Origin: an uncultured Chlamydiae bacterium
GTDB taxonomy: Bacteria > Chlamydiota > Chlamydiia > Chlamydiales > Parachlamydiaceae
NCBI GenBank assembly: GCA_963754655.1
Contig: CAVWGN010000001.1
Span: 2,880,001 to 2,944,000 of the forward strand
Reading direction: 5' to 3'
DNA length: 64,000 nucleotides
The notes beneath the pieces were generated by a model. The model saw nothing but the letters and a program-made list of their open reading frames with translations, did not search any database and had not been told where the DNA came from. The position numbers were made by a program, and so were the translations under genes. Shown piece by piece: positions 10,759 through 19,748 of this stretch (positions are counted from its first letter, which is position 1; each line of letters opens with the position of its first letter).

Positions 10759-13700
10759 CTACTCATTTAAAGTGATAGTAAAGGTTCTTTGAGTAGAACT
10801 TCCGCAACTGGTAGTTACCCGAATAGTAAACGTATAAGTTCCCGGTGAACCACTTGGTTCATTTTCTCCACTAGCTGTAATAGTCCCAGCAAATAACCCA
10901 GGAAAATTAGTTGGAGACAGAATAAGTCCCGTAGGTAAACTTCCTGAGACTATAGCAAATCTAAAGGGAGCAGATGCAGTTGTGGATATTTCAACAAACT
11001 GATAATAACCGCCACCCACTGTGGCATCGGGTAATGTCTCTGTCCTGAAGCTAACGGCTGAACAGGTTACTGTTAATGTTGTAGAACCCGAGACTCCTGC
11101 TTGTGTCGCTGTAATGGTTGTACTGCCTGCATTGTTGCCCGTAGCTGCTCCTTTATCAGCTGCAGCATTAGAAATATCTGCAACTCCTGTATTGGAAGAA
11201 CTCCAAGTCGCTTGAGTTGTGAGATCTTCTGTTGTCCCATCACTGAAAGATCCTGTTGCTGTGAATTGAATCGTCTCTCCACCCAGAATGCTTGGAGTAG
11301 CTGGCGTCACTGTAATGGATTCTAAAGTAGCTGGTGTGACAGTTAAGGTTGTCGATCCTTTCACAGCTCCTAAAGAGGCTTCAATTGTTGTGGTGCCTTC
11401 ATGCAATGTTTGAGCGAGTCCTTGACTGCCAGAAGCATTAGAAATCTTTGCAACGTTTTGATCGGAAGAATTCCAAGTCACTTGAGTTGTAAGATCTTTT
11501 GCGGTCCCATCACTAAAAGATCCGGTTGCTGTGAATTGAATAGTATATCCAAGAGCAATACTTGGATTAACGGGTGTCACTGTAATTGTATCTAAGACAG
11601 CAGGTGTCACAGTTAAGGTTGTCGATCCTGTCACATTTCCTGAAGAAGCCTTAATTATTGTGGTGCCTACATCCAATGTTTGAGCGAGTCCTTGACTACC
11701 AGAAACATTATAAATCACTGCAACGTCTGAATTGGAAGACTCCCAAGTCACTTGGGCTGTAAGATCTTGTGTTGTCCCATCACTGAAAGATCCGGTTGCT
11801 GTGAATTGAATCGTACGTCCAAAAGCAATACTTGGATTAGCTGGTGTCACTGTAATTGATTCTAAGACAGCTGATGTCACAGTTAAGGTTGTCGATCCTG
11901 TCACATTTCCTGAAGAAGCCTTAATTATTGTGGGGCCTACATCCAATGTTTGAGCGAGTCCTTGACTACCAGAAACATTATAAATCTCTGCCACCTCTGG
12001 ATTGGAAGACCCCCAAGTCACTTGAGTTGTGAGATCTTCTGTTGTCCCATCACTAAAAGATCCGGTTGCTGTGAATTGAATCATACGTCCAACAGCAAGG
12101 CTTGGATTAAAGGGGGTTACTGTAATTGATTCTAAGACAGCTGATGTCACAGTTAAGGTTGTTGATCCTGTTACATTCTCTGAAGTGGCACTAATTGTTA
12201 TGGTATCTACATCCAATGTTTGAGCGAGTCCTTGACTGCCTGCAGCATTAGAAATGACAGCAACTTTTGAATTAGAAGAATTCCAAGTCACTTGAGTTGT
12301 AAGATTTGCCGTTGTCCCATCACTGAAAACTCCTGTCGCTGTAAATTGAACAGTACGTCCGACAGCAACGATTGGATTAAAGGGCGTCACTGTAATTGAT
12401 TCTAAGACAGCAGAAGTGACAGTTAAGGTTGTCGATCCTGTTACATTCTCTGAAGTGGCACTAATTGTTGTAGTTCCTACAGCTACTCCTGTAGCCTCTC
12501 CTTGACCGCCTGCAGCATTAGAAATATCTGCAACTGCTGAATTGGAGGAACTCCAAGTCACTTGAGCTGTAAGATTTTGCGTGGTTCCATTACTGAAAAC
12601 TCCTGTCGCTGTAAATTGAACAGTACGTCCAACAGTAACGCTTGGATTAAAGGGTGTCACTGTAATTGATTCTAAGACAGCTGATGTCACATTTAAGGTC
12701 GCCAATCCTGTCACATTCCCTAAAGCTGCAGTAATGGTTGTGCTTCCTACAGTTATTGCTATAGCCAGCCCTTGACTGTCAATGACAGCCACTCCTGGAT
12801 TAGAAGAACTCCAAGTGACTTGGGTTGTGATATTTTCTGTTGTACCGTCGCTGAAAATCGCTGTTGCTATAAATTGAAGAGTATACCCGGCAGCAATGCT
12901 TGGATCAATAGGTGTGATATTAATGGAGGTCAGCACAGCATTTGTCACTGTCAATTGTGTCGAGCCCGATATTCCATTTAATATTGCTTTAATCGTTGTC
13001 GTGCCAGGACTTAAGCCTGTAGCCAGTCCCTTAGAAATCACAGCAACAGCTGGATTAGAGGATTCCCAATTGACGCTATTGGTAAGATTTTCTGTTGTTC
13101 CATCGCTAAATATCCCAGTGGCTGTAAAGGCAAGTTGATATCCGGCAGCAAGTGTCGAAAACTCAGGATCTATTTCAATGGAGACCAGCTGAGCAGTTGT
13201 CACTGTCAATGTGGTCGACCCTGATATCCTATGTCGCTCTCCAGATGAGCGATGTGTTTCAGAGGTATGACTCCTATCCGAGGAGCTGCTACTATATCTT
13301 CCAGATATTCCACCTACTGTAGCTTCAATTACAGTGGTACCTGGACTTAGGCCAGTGGCTAACCCCTTACTTCCCGGCTCATCAGAAATCGTTGCGACTG
13401 TTGGATTCGAAGAAGACCACTGAACCTTATTTGTCAAATCGACTTTTGAATTATCGCTAAATATGCCTGTTGCCGTAAATTGAATGGTAAAATTAACTGC
13501 AACCACTGGATCAATTGGTGTCACTTCAATTTTAGTTAAAACAGGATGGAACACGCGCACCTTAGCTCCGATAAACCTAATGATAGCGGCAGCGGATTGA
13601 TTGCCCGCTTCATCTACGCTTACAATATAATAAGTATAAATTTGATGTTTCTTGCGATTGTGATCTCGAAATCTTAATTTTTGATCGGCTGAAATGGTGG

Positions 13701-13983
13701 CTGCCAGCTCTGTTAAGTTTGAATTGCGATAAATTTTATAGGCAACAGGGGGTGTTCCTTCAGAAGGAGATCGCCAAAAGATTTCATTGATCAGATCGGC
13801 TTGAGAAGCAAATCGATTTGCAATCTGTGCGCCTCTTAAATCAGTTGGAGGTAAAAGCAAAGAAGGAGTTGTTTGTGCATATAAGGAGCCAAAGGAATGG
13901 AAGGCGGACAAACCATGTAAAACAATCAAACATAGAGTCAACAAAAGGAATCGACTCGATCTATAATTAGATTGTCTATACAT
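10759..13983 (-). CDS. Secreted adhesin-like protein: FN3-like N-domain, 9 Big_2 (Lig/intimin-like) repeats, C-terminal putative Ig domain
   Basis: Signal peptide; nine 'L.SI.VTP...QFTATG.FSDGT..DLT.QVTW.SS' units, the later ones with a 270-bp DNA period; C-terminal LP.ATVG..Y...GSLPTGL. Confidence 0.9.
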   Translation of the reverse strand: MYRQSNYRSSRFLLLTLCLIVLHGLSAFHSFGSLYAQTTPSLLLPPTDLRGAQIANRFASQADLINEIFWRSPSEGTPPVAYKIYRNSNLTELAATISADQKLRFRDHNRKKHQIYTYYIVSVDEAGNQSAAAIIRFIGAKVRVFHPVLTKIEVTPIDPVVAVNFTIQFTATGIFSDNSKVDLTNKVQWSSSNPTVATISDEPGSKGLATGLSPGTTVIEATVGGISGRYSSSSSDRSHTSETHRSSGERHRISGSTTLTVTTAQLVSIEIDPEFSTLAAGYQLAFTATGIFSDGTTENLTNSVNWESSNPAVAVISKGLATGLSPGTTTIKAILNGISGSTQLTVTNAVLTSINITPIDPSIAAGYTLQFIATAIFSDGTTENITTQVTWSSSNPGVAVIDSQGLAIAITVGSTTITAALGNVTGLATLNVTSAVLESITVTPFNPSVTVGRTVQFTATGVFSNGTTQNLTAQVTWSSSNSAVADISNAAGGQGEATGVAVGTTTISATSENVTGSTTLTVTSAVLESITVTPFNPIVAVGRTVQFTATGVFSDGTTANLTTQVTWNSSNSKVAVISNAAGSQGLAQTLDVDTITISATSENVTGSTTLTVTSAVLESITVTPFNPSLAVGRMIQFTATGSFSDGTTEDLTTQVTWGSSNPEVAEIYNVSGSQGLAQTLDVGPTIIKASSGNVTGSTTLTVTSAVLESITVTPANPSIAFGRTIQFTATGSFSDGTTQDLTAQVTWESSNSDVAVIYNVSGSQGLAQTLDVGTTIIKASSGNVTGSTTLTVTPAVLDTITVTPVNPSIALGYTIQFTATGSFSDGTAKDLTTQVTWNSSDQNVAKISNASGSQGLAQTLHEGTTTIEASLGAVKGSTTLTVTPATLESITVTPATPSILGGETIQFTATGSFSDGTTEDLTTQATWSSSNTGVADISNAAADKGAATGNNAGSTTITATQAGVSGSTTLTVTCSAVSFRTETLPDATVGGGYYQFVEISTTASAPFRFAIVSGSLPTGLILSPTNFPGLFAGTITASGENEPSGSPGTYTFTIRVTTSCGSSTQRTFTITLNE

Positions 13984-14092
13984 AAACTTTCTCCTTAAGT
14001 TGTCAAATGCACATTTTACGTTTAATATTCCTATGCATATATTTTTTTTTAAATTTTTACTAGTGAAAAGAGACGTCGAGTTGCAACATCAA

Positions 14093-14821
14093 TTACATTT
14101 TAAAATCTGTTCCTAAATAGGAGCACTTTGCGCTTTCATTATTTAAGAGCTCATTGACATTTCCCTCAAAAGCGACTTTTCCTTCCTGTATCAAATAGCT
14201 TTTATCAACAACGGAAAAAATTTCGCGTGCATTATGATCGGTAATCAGGATGCTAATTTGTTTTTGAGCCAAAAGTTGAATCAGATGTTTGACATCTTGA
14301 ATAGACAAGGGATCAATATTGGCAAAGGGCTCGTCAAGCATGAGAAAAGAAGGCTTAGTCACTAGGGCTCGCGTAATTTCGACACGTCGCCGTTCCCCAC
14401 CAGATAAAGCAGCAGCTTTTTTTTTGGCTAAATGCTCAAGGTGTAATTCTCCTAACAGTTCTTCCAAACGTTGCTTGCGTTCTTGCTTAGATAATGGCAA
14501 GCTTTCTAGAATACAAAGAATATTTTCTTCTACTGTCAATTGGCGAAAAACAGAAGATTCCTGAGCTAAGTATCCCATTCCCATGCGCGCTCGTTTATGC
14601 ATAGGAATATAGGTAACATCTTGATCGCAAAAAATGACTTGCCCTTGATCAGGACGAATAAGGCCTACAGTGATATAAAAGGCTGTCGTTTTACCTGCTC
14701 CATTAGGTCCAAGAAGGCCAACGATTTCCCCTTCTTGTACTTTAAAAGACAAGCCATTCACTACTGGCCGGCCTCCATAACTCTTAACCAAATTTTGAAC
14801 TTCTAAACAAACAGGACCCAT
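14093..14821 (-). CDS. lptB: LPS export ABC transporter ATP-binding protein
   Basis: GPNGAGKT, LSGGERRRVEI, LDEPF, ITDHN. ATG at 14821 preferred because the longer start lies in a repeat. Confidence 0.95.
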   Translation of the reverse strand: MGPVCLEVQNLVKSYGGRPVVNGLSFKVQEGEIVGLLGPNGAGKTTAFYITVGLIRPDQGQVIFCDQDVTYIPMHKRARMGMGYLAQESSVFRQLTVEENILCILESLPLSKQERKQRLEELLGELHLEHLAKKKAAALSGGERRRVEITRALVTKPSFLMLDEPFANIDPLSIQDVKHLIQLLAQKQISILITDHNAREIFSVVDKSYLIQEGKVAFEGNVNELLNNESAKCSYLGTDFKM

Positions 14822-14864
14822 TCTTTTTTGATTTTGCACCTTTTCGCCTCCTTCTGGATGATTG

Positions 14865-15467
14865 CTAGTACTCAACCACATTAGTTTTTGCCTATTGGGA
14901 TTGCTTCACAGGCCCGGTTGGGGATGCGATGATTCTCTTGTAGTCCTTCAGACTACATGACGGGGGCTAATCTAGCCCAGGGCATCGCCCCATACGCATC
15001 AAGCTAAGAGAAGAGCGTAGGCTACGCGACGCCTTCAGTCGCCGCGCCGCTTCGCTCTGGGCTCTAGGTGAGGGTTTTGAGGACCCACCGTTCGGTCGCC
15101 CTCCGGGCTCGGTCACGGTGGGCTATTACCAGTCGTCCTACGGACTCTAGCGGCAATGTAAAAGCCATTGAATGCTATTTAAGGCGTTCTGATAATGCCG
15201 CTAGAGTCCGTAGGACGACTGGTAATAGCCCACCGTGACCGAGCCCGGAGGGCGACCGAACGGTGGGTCCTCAAAACCCTCACCTAGAGCCCAGAGCGAA
15301 GCGGCGCGGCGACTGAAGGCGTCGCGTAGCCTACGCTCTTCTCTTAGCTTGATGCGTATGGGGCATCGCCATGGGTTAGATTAGCCCTCTTCATGTAGTC
15401 TGAAGGACTACAAGAGAATCATCTCATCCCAACCGCGGGGCCTGTGAAGCAATCCTAATAGGCAAAA
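14865..15467. repeat. Composite ~600-bp palindrome: family-D element with a family-A element at its centre
   Basis: Outer arms ~14886-14980 and ~15371-15467 are imperfect inverted repeats enclosing the inner element. Confidence 0.93.
14991..15360. mobile_element. Family-A MITE (370 bp) with IS231/IS4-like ends carrying an inverted REP-like doublet
   Basis: 165-bp arms (14991-15155 and 15196-15360) appear perfectly inverted around a 40-bp spacer; ends CATACGCATCAAGCTAAG; flanked by GGGCATCGCCC and GGGCATCGCCA. Confidence 0.85.
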
Positions 15468-15501
15468 GTTGGCATGGTTCAAAAATTCATGTCACTGATG
15501 A

Positions 15502-17028
15502 CTAAGGAAAATGCTGCTTTAATTGTTCAAGCTCTTTCTCAATGAATGTAAAACGGACGTCACCTAATCCTTGAATAATCTCTTTCTTAGTTGTGGTATC
15601 ATGTATCACCTTTAAAGAGGGAGCGCTCATCTGAACATTATTCACTTTATCAAAAAAGAGCACGCGATTGCCATTTGAACCCTTTAAGACCATTTCTTGC
15701 TGTTTAGGAAAATATTCTACAACATCTGCTAACGCATAATGAAGAACAGATCCAGTTTCTTCAACATGTCCATCAAAGCGATTCATAAGACGAACATGTC
15801 CCTCTAATATCGTTCTTGCTGGAACAAGTTGTCGTTCCTCCCAAGTATAGTGAATACGAACACGATCTGCATACATTTCCCCTAACACATCCTCAATATA
15901 AACTTGCAGCTCTTCGTTATTTTTTCCTGATATGTCTTTTAGACCTTGAAAAACCATTTCTTGACGCTCATGATCAATGCTAAAAAACCCCGGACAATGG
16001 ATCCTATGGGTATTTCCTTTTTGAGTATCGGTATAATCAATGTATGTATTTTCAGGAGATTGAAGGAATTTCAATACTCTTTTATCATTCACTATGGCTT
16101 GTGAGATTAAGAGCTCATGATCTGTATGGATATGCAAACTACCATTTTGGGTAATATTCACATCTCCTGTTAATTGTAAGGTGTGCTGTTGCTCATCCCA
16201 GGCAAGTTCATTAGCTGAAAATTCCAACGTTTGTACAGGGCGCCCTTCTCGACGCATATAAAGCATTCCTTTCGGCTGGGTCAGCCACAGCTTGCGTTCC
16301 CTTGTATTCACTTGAATCATTTGAGCAGACAAGTGATCTCCATTGACATTTGTCATTTTGCAAACAGGTAGATCTCCTCTTACGGTCAGAGTTAAAATCC
16401 CTGCTAAACTCCCCTTGTTCACTTCAGCCGGCAGGCGTTGATAAACAGCATGATCTGCTAAAAGTAAATGATCCTGATTATAGCGAACACGTACATTATG
16501 ATTAGCCTCAATTTGTCTGACGAGAATTTTAGCAGCTGGTGAATCAGTTGCTGACTCTCGCAGAAGATCAAGCGTCATTTGACTGCTTTTGAGCTCAACA
16601 GGGGGTCTTGTCTTTTCTCCACTTTCCCCTTCCTCTCCCTTATTAAAATAAGTCACATCCGGCCAGGCAGCATTTCCTAAAAAAATCCCCTGCATATTGG
16701 CATAATCAACTTCAGCCTGTTGGCAATAAAGCCTCCCACCTTCTTTAAGTTCGATCTGCACATCATCATTGATTTTTAGAAAACCTAACTTGTTTTTTTT
16801 ATCTATATTGGAAGAAGACTGTACTGATAGACGACGAGCAGAAATTTGCCCCAAGCTATGTTGGACGATCACTTGTCCAACTAAAATAATTTGTTTACCA
16901 TCATATTGAGCTTCTCCAGAATTGACAACCATTGAATCCTCTTTTTGCAAAAGAGCATTCTCTGCATGTAAAAGGGAAAATAAAAATGCGATTTTGAAAT
17001 ACCACAAGCGGAAGAGTCTTTTTATCAT
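15502..17028 (-). CDS. OstA/LptA-like beta-jellyroll LPS transport protein
   Basis: Signal peptide, repeated 'L.G.V.I/V' strands, position between kdsA and lptB. Confidence 0.65.
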   Translation of the reverse strand: MIKRLFRLWYFKIAFLFSLLHAENALLQKEDSMVVNSGEAQYDGKQIILVGQVIVQHSLGQISARRLSVQSSSNIDKKNKLGFLKINDDVQIELKEGGRLYCQQAEVDYANMQGIFLGNAAWPDVTYFNKGEEGESGEKTRPPVELKSSQMTLDLLRESATDSPAAKILVRQIEANHNVRVRYNQDHLLLADHAVYQRLPAEVNKGSLAGILTLTVRGDLPVCKMTNVNGDHLSAQMIQVNTRERKLWLTQPKGMLYMRREGRPVQTLEFSANELAWDEQQHTLQLTGDVNITQNGSLHIHTDHELLISQAIVNDKRVLKFLQSPENTYIDYTDTQKGNTHRIHCPGFFSIDHERQEMVFQGLKDISGKNNEELQVYIEDVLGEMYADRVRIHYTWEERQLVPARTILEGHVRLMNRFDGHVEETGSVLHYALADVVEYFPKQQEMVLKGSNGNRVLFFDKVNNVQMSAPSLKVIHDTTTKKEIIQGLGDVRFTFIEKELEQLKQHFP

Positions 17029-17669
17029 TCTTCCCCCCAGCTATGAAAAATCGCTTGGAATCCTTGTGCTTTCACATGAGCTTCTTCGAACAGCGAAAGT
17101 TGAATCGTATGTGCTCGCCCTTGAAGAAGAGGATGAAAAGAATCAAATGAATTTAGCCAAAGATGTCCAGGCAAAAGATAATGAGCAATTTCCACTTCTT
17201 TGGCTTCTAACTGATTACTTTTATAAGAGTAAACCGCTTCTTTGGCTTTTAATTGGCGAATCATTTGTTGGGGTTGTTCAGCAATTGGAAAAGGGAAAAG
17301 TTCATCTTCTTTATGATTTGGAGCATCAATCAGTTTTTCTTGCATAGCACATGTCAATCCCTCAAAGCACTCGACAAACTCCCTTTCTTGTTTTGAATAA
17401 ATTAATTTTGAAGACTCACTGATAAGGCGAGATTGTAGACGATGCACGTCTTTTTTATATAAAATTTGCTTACTCACCTGATAACGTATTTGTTGAGTCG
17501 TATGAGAGTCTTCTTGCCGGCGCTTTTTTCTAGCTCGCTCATTATCTCCCATCAAAGCTTGATAGTCTTGTGTAGCGTCTGAAGAAATCGAGAGGAACCA
17601 AAAACAGCCCAGAACAATGAAAATCCACAAGACAATCAAGCCAGTTAAGTATTTTTTAAACATTGCCAA
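17025..17669 (-). CDS. LptC-like membrane-anchored protein
   Basis: Single N-terminal TM segment; directly after kdsA in the lpt operon. Confidence 0.55.
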   Translation of the reverse strand: MAMFKKYLTGLIVLWIFIVLGCFWFLSISSDATQDYQALMGDNERARKKRRQEDSHTTQQIRYQVSKQILYKKDVHRLQSRLISESSKLIYSKQEREFVECFEGLTCAMQEKLIDAPNHKEDELFPFPIAEQPQQMIRQLKAKEAVYSYKSNQLEAKEVEIAHYLLPGHLWLNSFDSFHPLLQGRAHTIQLSLFEEAHVKAQGFQAIFHSWGEE

Positions 17670-18495
17670 AAGACTGCTGCTGAATTAAATGATAAAGCTG
17701 TCTGAATTGGGGCAAAAGAATATCTAAATCTTTAAAATCCATCACAGAAGCTGCATCGCTTTTAGCTTGGGCTGGATCGGGATGCGATTCAATGAACAGA
17801 CAATTTGCCCCTGCTGCTAAAGCAGCTTTGGTTAGCACAGGAATAAATTCTCTATCCCCTCCTGATTGCGAACCCAGCCCCCCTGGTTTTTGCACAGCAT
17901 GCGTCGCATCATAGCAAACCGGATAGTTCAAGCGCTGCATGATCGGGATGCTACGCATATCACTGACTAAGTTGTTATAACCAAATGTTGTCCCGCGATC
18001 GATAAGAATGATTTTATGATTATGAACTGAAACAATTTTTTGTACGATGTTTTCCATATCCCAAGGAGCCAAAAATTGTCCTTTTTTTACGTTAATCACT
18101 GCCCCTGTTTCTGCTGCAGCTAAAACAAGATCTGTTTGGCGGCATAAGAAAGCGGGAATTTGCAAAATCTCACATACTTGCCCCGCAATACGAGCCTCTT
18201 CCGGAGAATGAACATCGGTGACAACAGGCAAATCTAATTCTTTTTGAACACGCTGTAAAATGCGCAATCCTTCTTGCAAACCAGGGCCACGGAAAGAATG
18301 ACAGGAAGAGCGATTCGCTTTATCATAGCTTGATTTGAAAATCAGGCGTACATCATGTTTGCAAAACATTTTTTTCAGTGCCTCAGCTGCTTTCAAGCAA
18401 TGATCTTCACTTTCAATCACGCAAGGACCCGACATAACGACCAATGATTCTCTAGGTCCAATAAAAAAATTTTTAACAGGAACTCGACGTATCAT
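17656..18495 (-). CDS. kdsA: KDO-8-phosphate synthase
   Basis: GPCVIES, KSSYDKANRSS, QIPAFLCRQTD, KKGQF, DATHAVQ. Confidence 0.97.
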   Translation of the reverse strand: MIRRVPVKNFFIGPRESLVVMSGPCVIESEDHCLKAAEALKKMFCKHDVRLIFKSSYDKANRSSCHSFRGPGLQEGLRILQRVQKELDLPVVTDVHSPEEARIAGQVCEILQIPAFLCRQTDLVLAAAETGAVINVKKGQFLAPWDMENIVQKIVSVHNHKIILIDRGTTFGYNNLVSDMRSIPIMQRLNYPVCYDATHAVQKPGGLGSQSGGDREFIPVLTKAALAAGANCLFIESHPDPAQAKSDAASVMDFKDLDILLPQFRQLYHLIQQQSFGNV

Positions 18496-18548
18496 ACTGA
18501 CCTTTTCTCTTAGATGGGATAGGATATTAGGATATAAAGATCATTATG

Positions 18549-19076
18549 TTACTGAAGATCAGGATTTTTCTCTAGCAAGTAAAGCATTTGAGAAGATTGA
18601 GTTAAAAGAGATTGGATCAAATCTTGTAGAAGATAACACGTCATCCCTGTTTTTTCTTGAAGGGTGATTTCTTTAGTCAAATTTGAGAGTGGAATTAAAA
18701 CAAAAAGACGCTCTTTCCAACGTGGGTGAGGAATTTGCAGCTCTTTGTCATAATAAATTTGATTGCCATAAAACAAAAAGTCAATGTCAATAGGACGCCT
18801 AGCATTTTTAGGCTTTGGAATTTTTCCTAACTCATTTTCAATAGATTGGGTGATTTTAAAAATTTCCGTTGGAGTTAAAAATGTTTGAAAAGAGCAAACG
18901 CCATTGACAAACCAAACCGGACTCTTCACATGAAGAGGAGCGGTATGATAGAAATGAGAATGTTTTAAATTCACAATGCCTGTCTGATGAGATAATAAGG
19001 CTAAAGCTTGGTGCAGGCGAGGAAGGACTTGTCCGATATCTCCTCCCAAACTTAAATAGACATCGATGCTATTCAT
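18549..19076 (-). CDS. folK: 2-amino-4-hydroxy-6-hydroxymethyldihydropteridine diphosphokinase
   Basis: VYLSLGG, RPIDIDFL, IPHPR, ERLFVLIPL. Confidence 0.92.
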   Translation of the reverse strand: MNSIDVYLSLGGDIGQVLPRLHQALALLSHQTGIVNLKHSHFYHTAPLHVKSPVWFVNGVCSFQTFLTPTEIFKITQSIENELGKIPKPKNARRPIDIDFLFYGNQIYYDKELQIPHPRWKERLFVLIPLSNLTKEITLQEKTGMTCYLLQDLIQSLLTQSSQMLYLLEKNPDLQ

Positions 19077-19165
19077 TTCATAAATCTATTATTTCCTAAT
19101 GCGAGAATATTTACTAGAGGTTGATTTTATTCAGCTAAATAAATTATAATCCAGCTTTCTTTTTT

Positions 19166-19585
19166 ATGGGAATAACTTTTATGAACGTCACAGCTCCCTC
19201 TTTACCTTCTTTGGCAAACCTTCCTTTTTCTGTCGCTGTTGATGGTTTAGCAGGTTATCTCTGGGGTAAATTAGGTCAAAAAAATTCTGAATTGATAGCA
19301 ACTATTTTTGTCATTCGCGCCTTAGCGCATACTCTATTTTATCACATAGCCAATTACGTTTTGAAAGGAAAAGATTTACAATCTCAAAGAATTTTTCTTG
19401 TGACTTCAACAGTTGTCAACATGACTTTTCTTATCGTTTTAAGAGAGTTGAATCTCATAGATCGATTATTTTCTTGTTTACTAGGAGCGGCGATCCTTGG
19501 ACATGTCATCTATCGCGTAAGTTATATTCAAGATCAAGAAAGACAGCAAATTTTTGAAGGGATAGAATTAATAGAAAACACATAA
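19166..19585 (+). CDS. Small hypothetical membrane protein
   Basis: 139 aa with 3-4 hydrophobic segments. Confidence 0.6.
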   Translation: MGITFMNVTAPSLPSLANLPFSVAVDGLAGYLWGKLGQKNSELIATIFVIRALAHTLFYHIANYVLKGKDLQSQRIFLVTSTVVNMTFLIVLRELNLIDRLFSCLLGAAILGHVIYRVSYIQDQERQQIFEGIELIENT

Positions 19586-19649
19586 AGAACTTGAAAATAA
19601 GAGCTTTTATCGCTAATATCTTTCTTTTCCTTACCTGATTAATCTCTAA

Positions 19650-19722
19650 GGACTGATAGCTCAGTGGATAGAGCACCCGCCTTCTAAGCGGGTGGTCGTA
19701 GGTTCGAATCCTACTCAGTCCG
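19650..19722 (+). tRNA. tRNA-Arg(TCT)
   Basis: Acceptor GGACTGA/TCAGTCC; anticodon arm CCCGC-CTTCTAA-GCGGG; T-arm GGTTCGAATCC. Confidence 0.96.
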
Positions 19723-19748
19723 ATGACTTCCAAAGTTGGTTTTATCCT

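Noticed and set aside
14822..14881. Extended lptB N-terminus
   Set aside because: The upstream ATG falls within the family-D repeat end.
19506..19748. ORF 19506-19733 and the extended start of the 904-aa ORF
   Set aside because: Both overlap tRNA-Arg(TCT).
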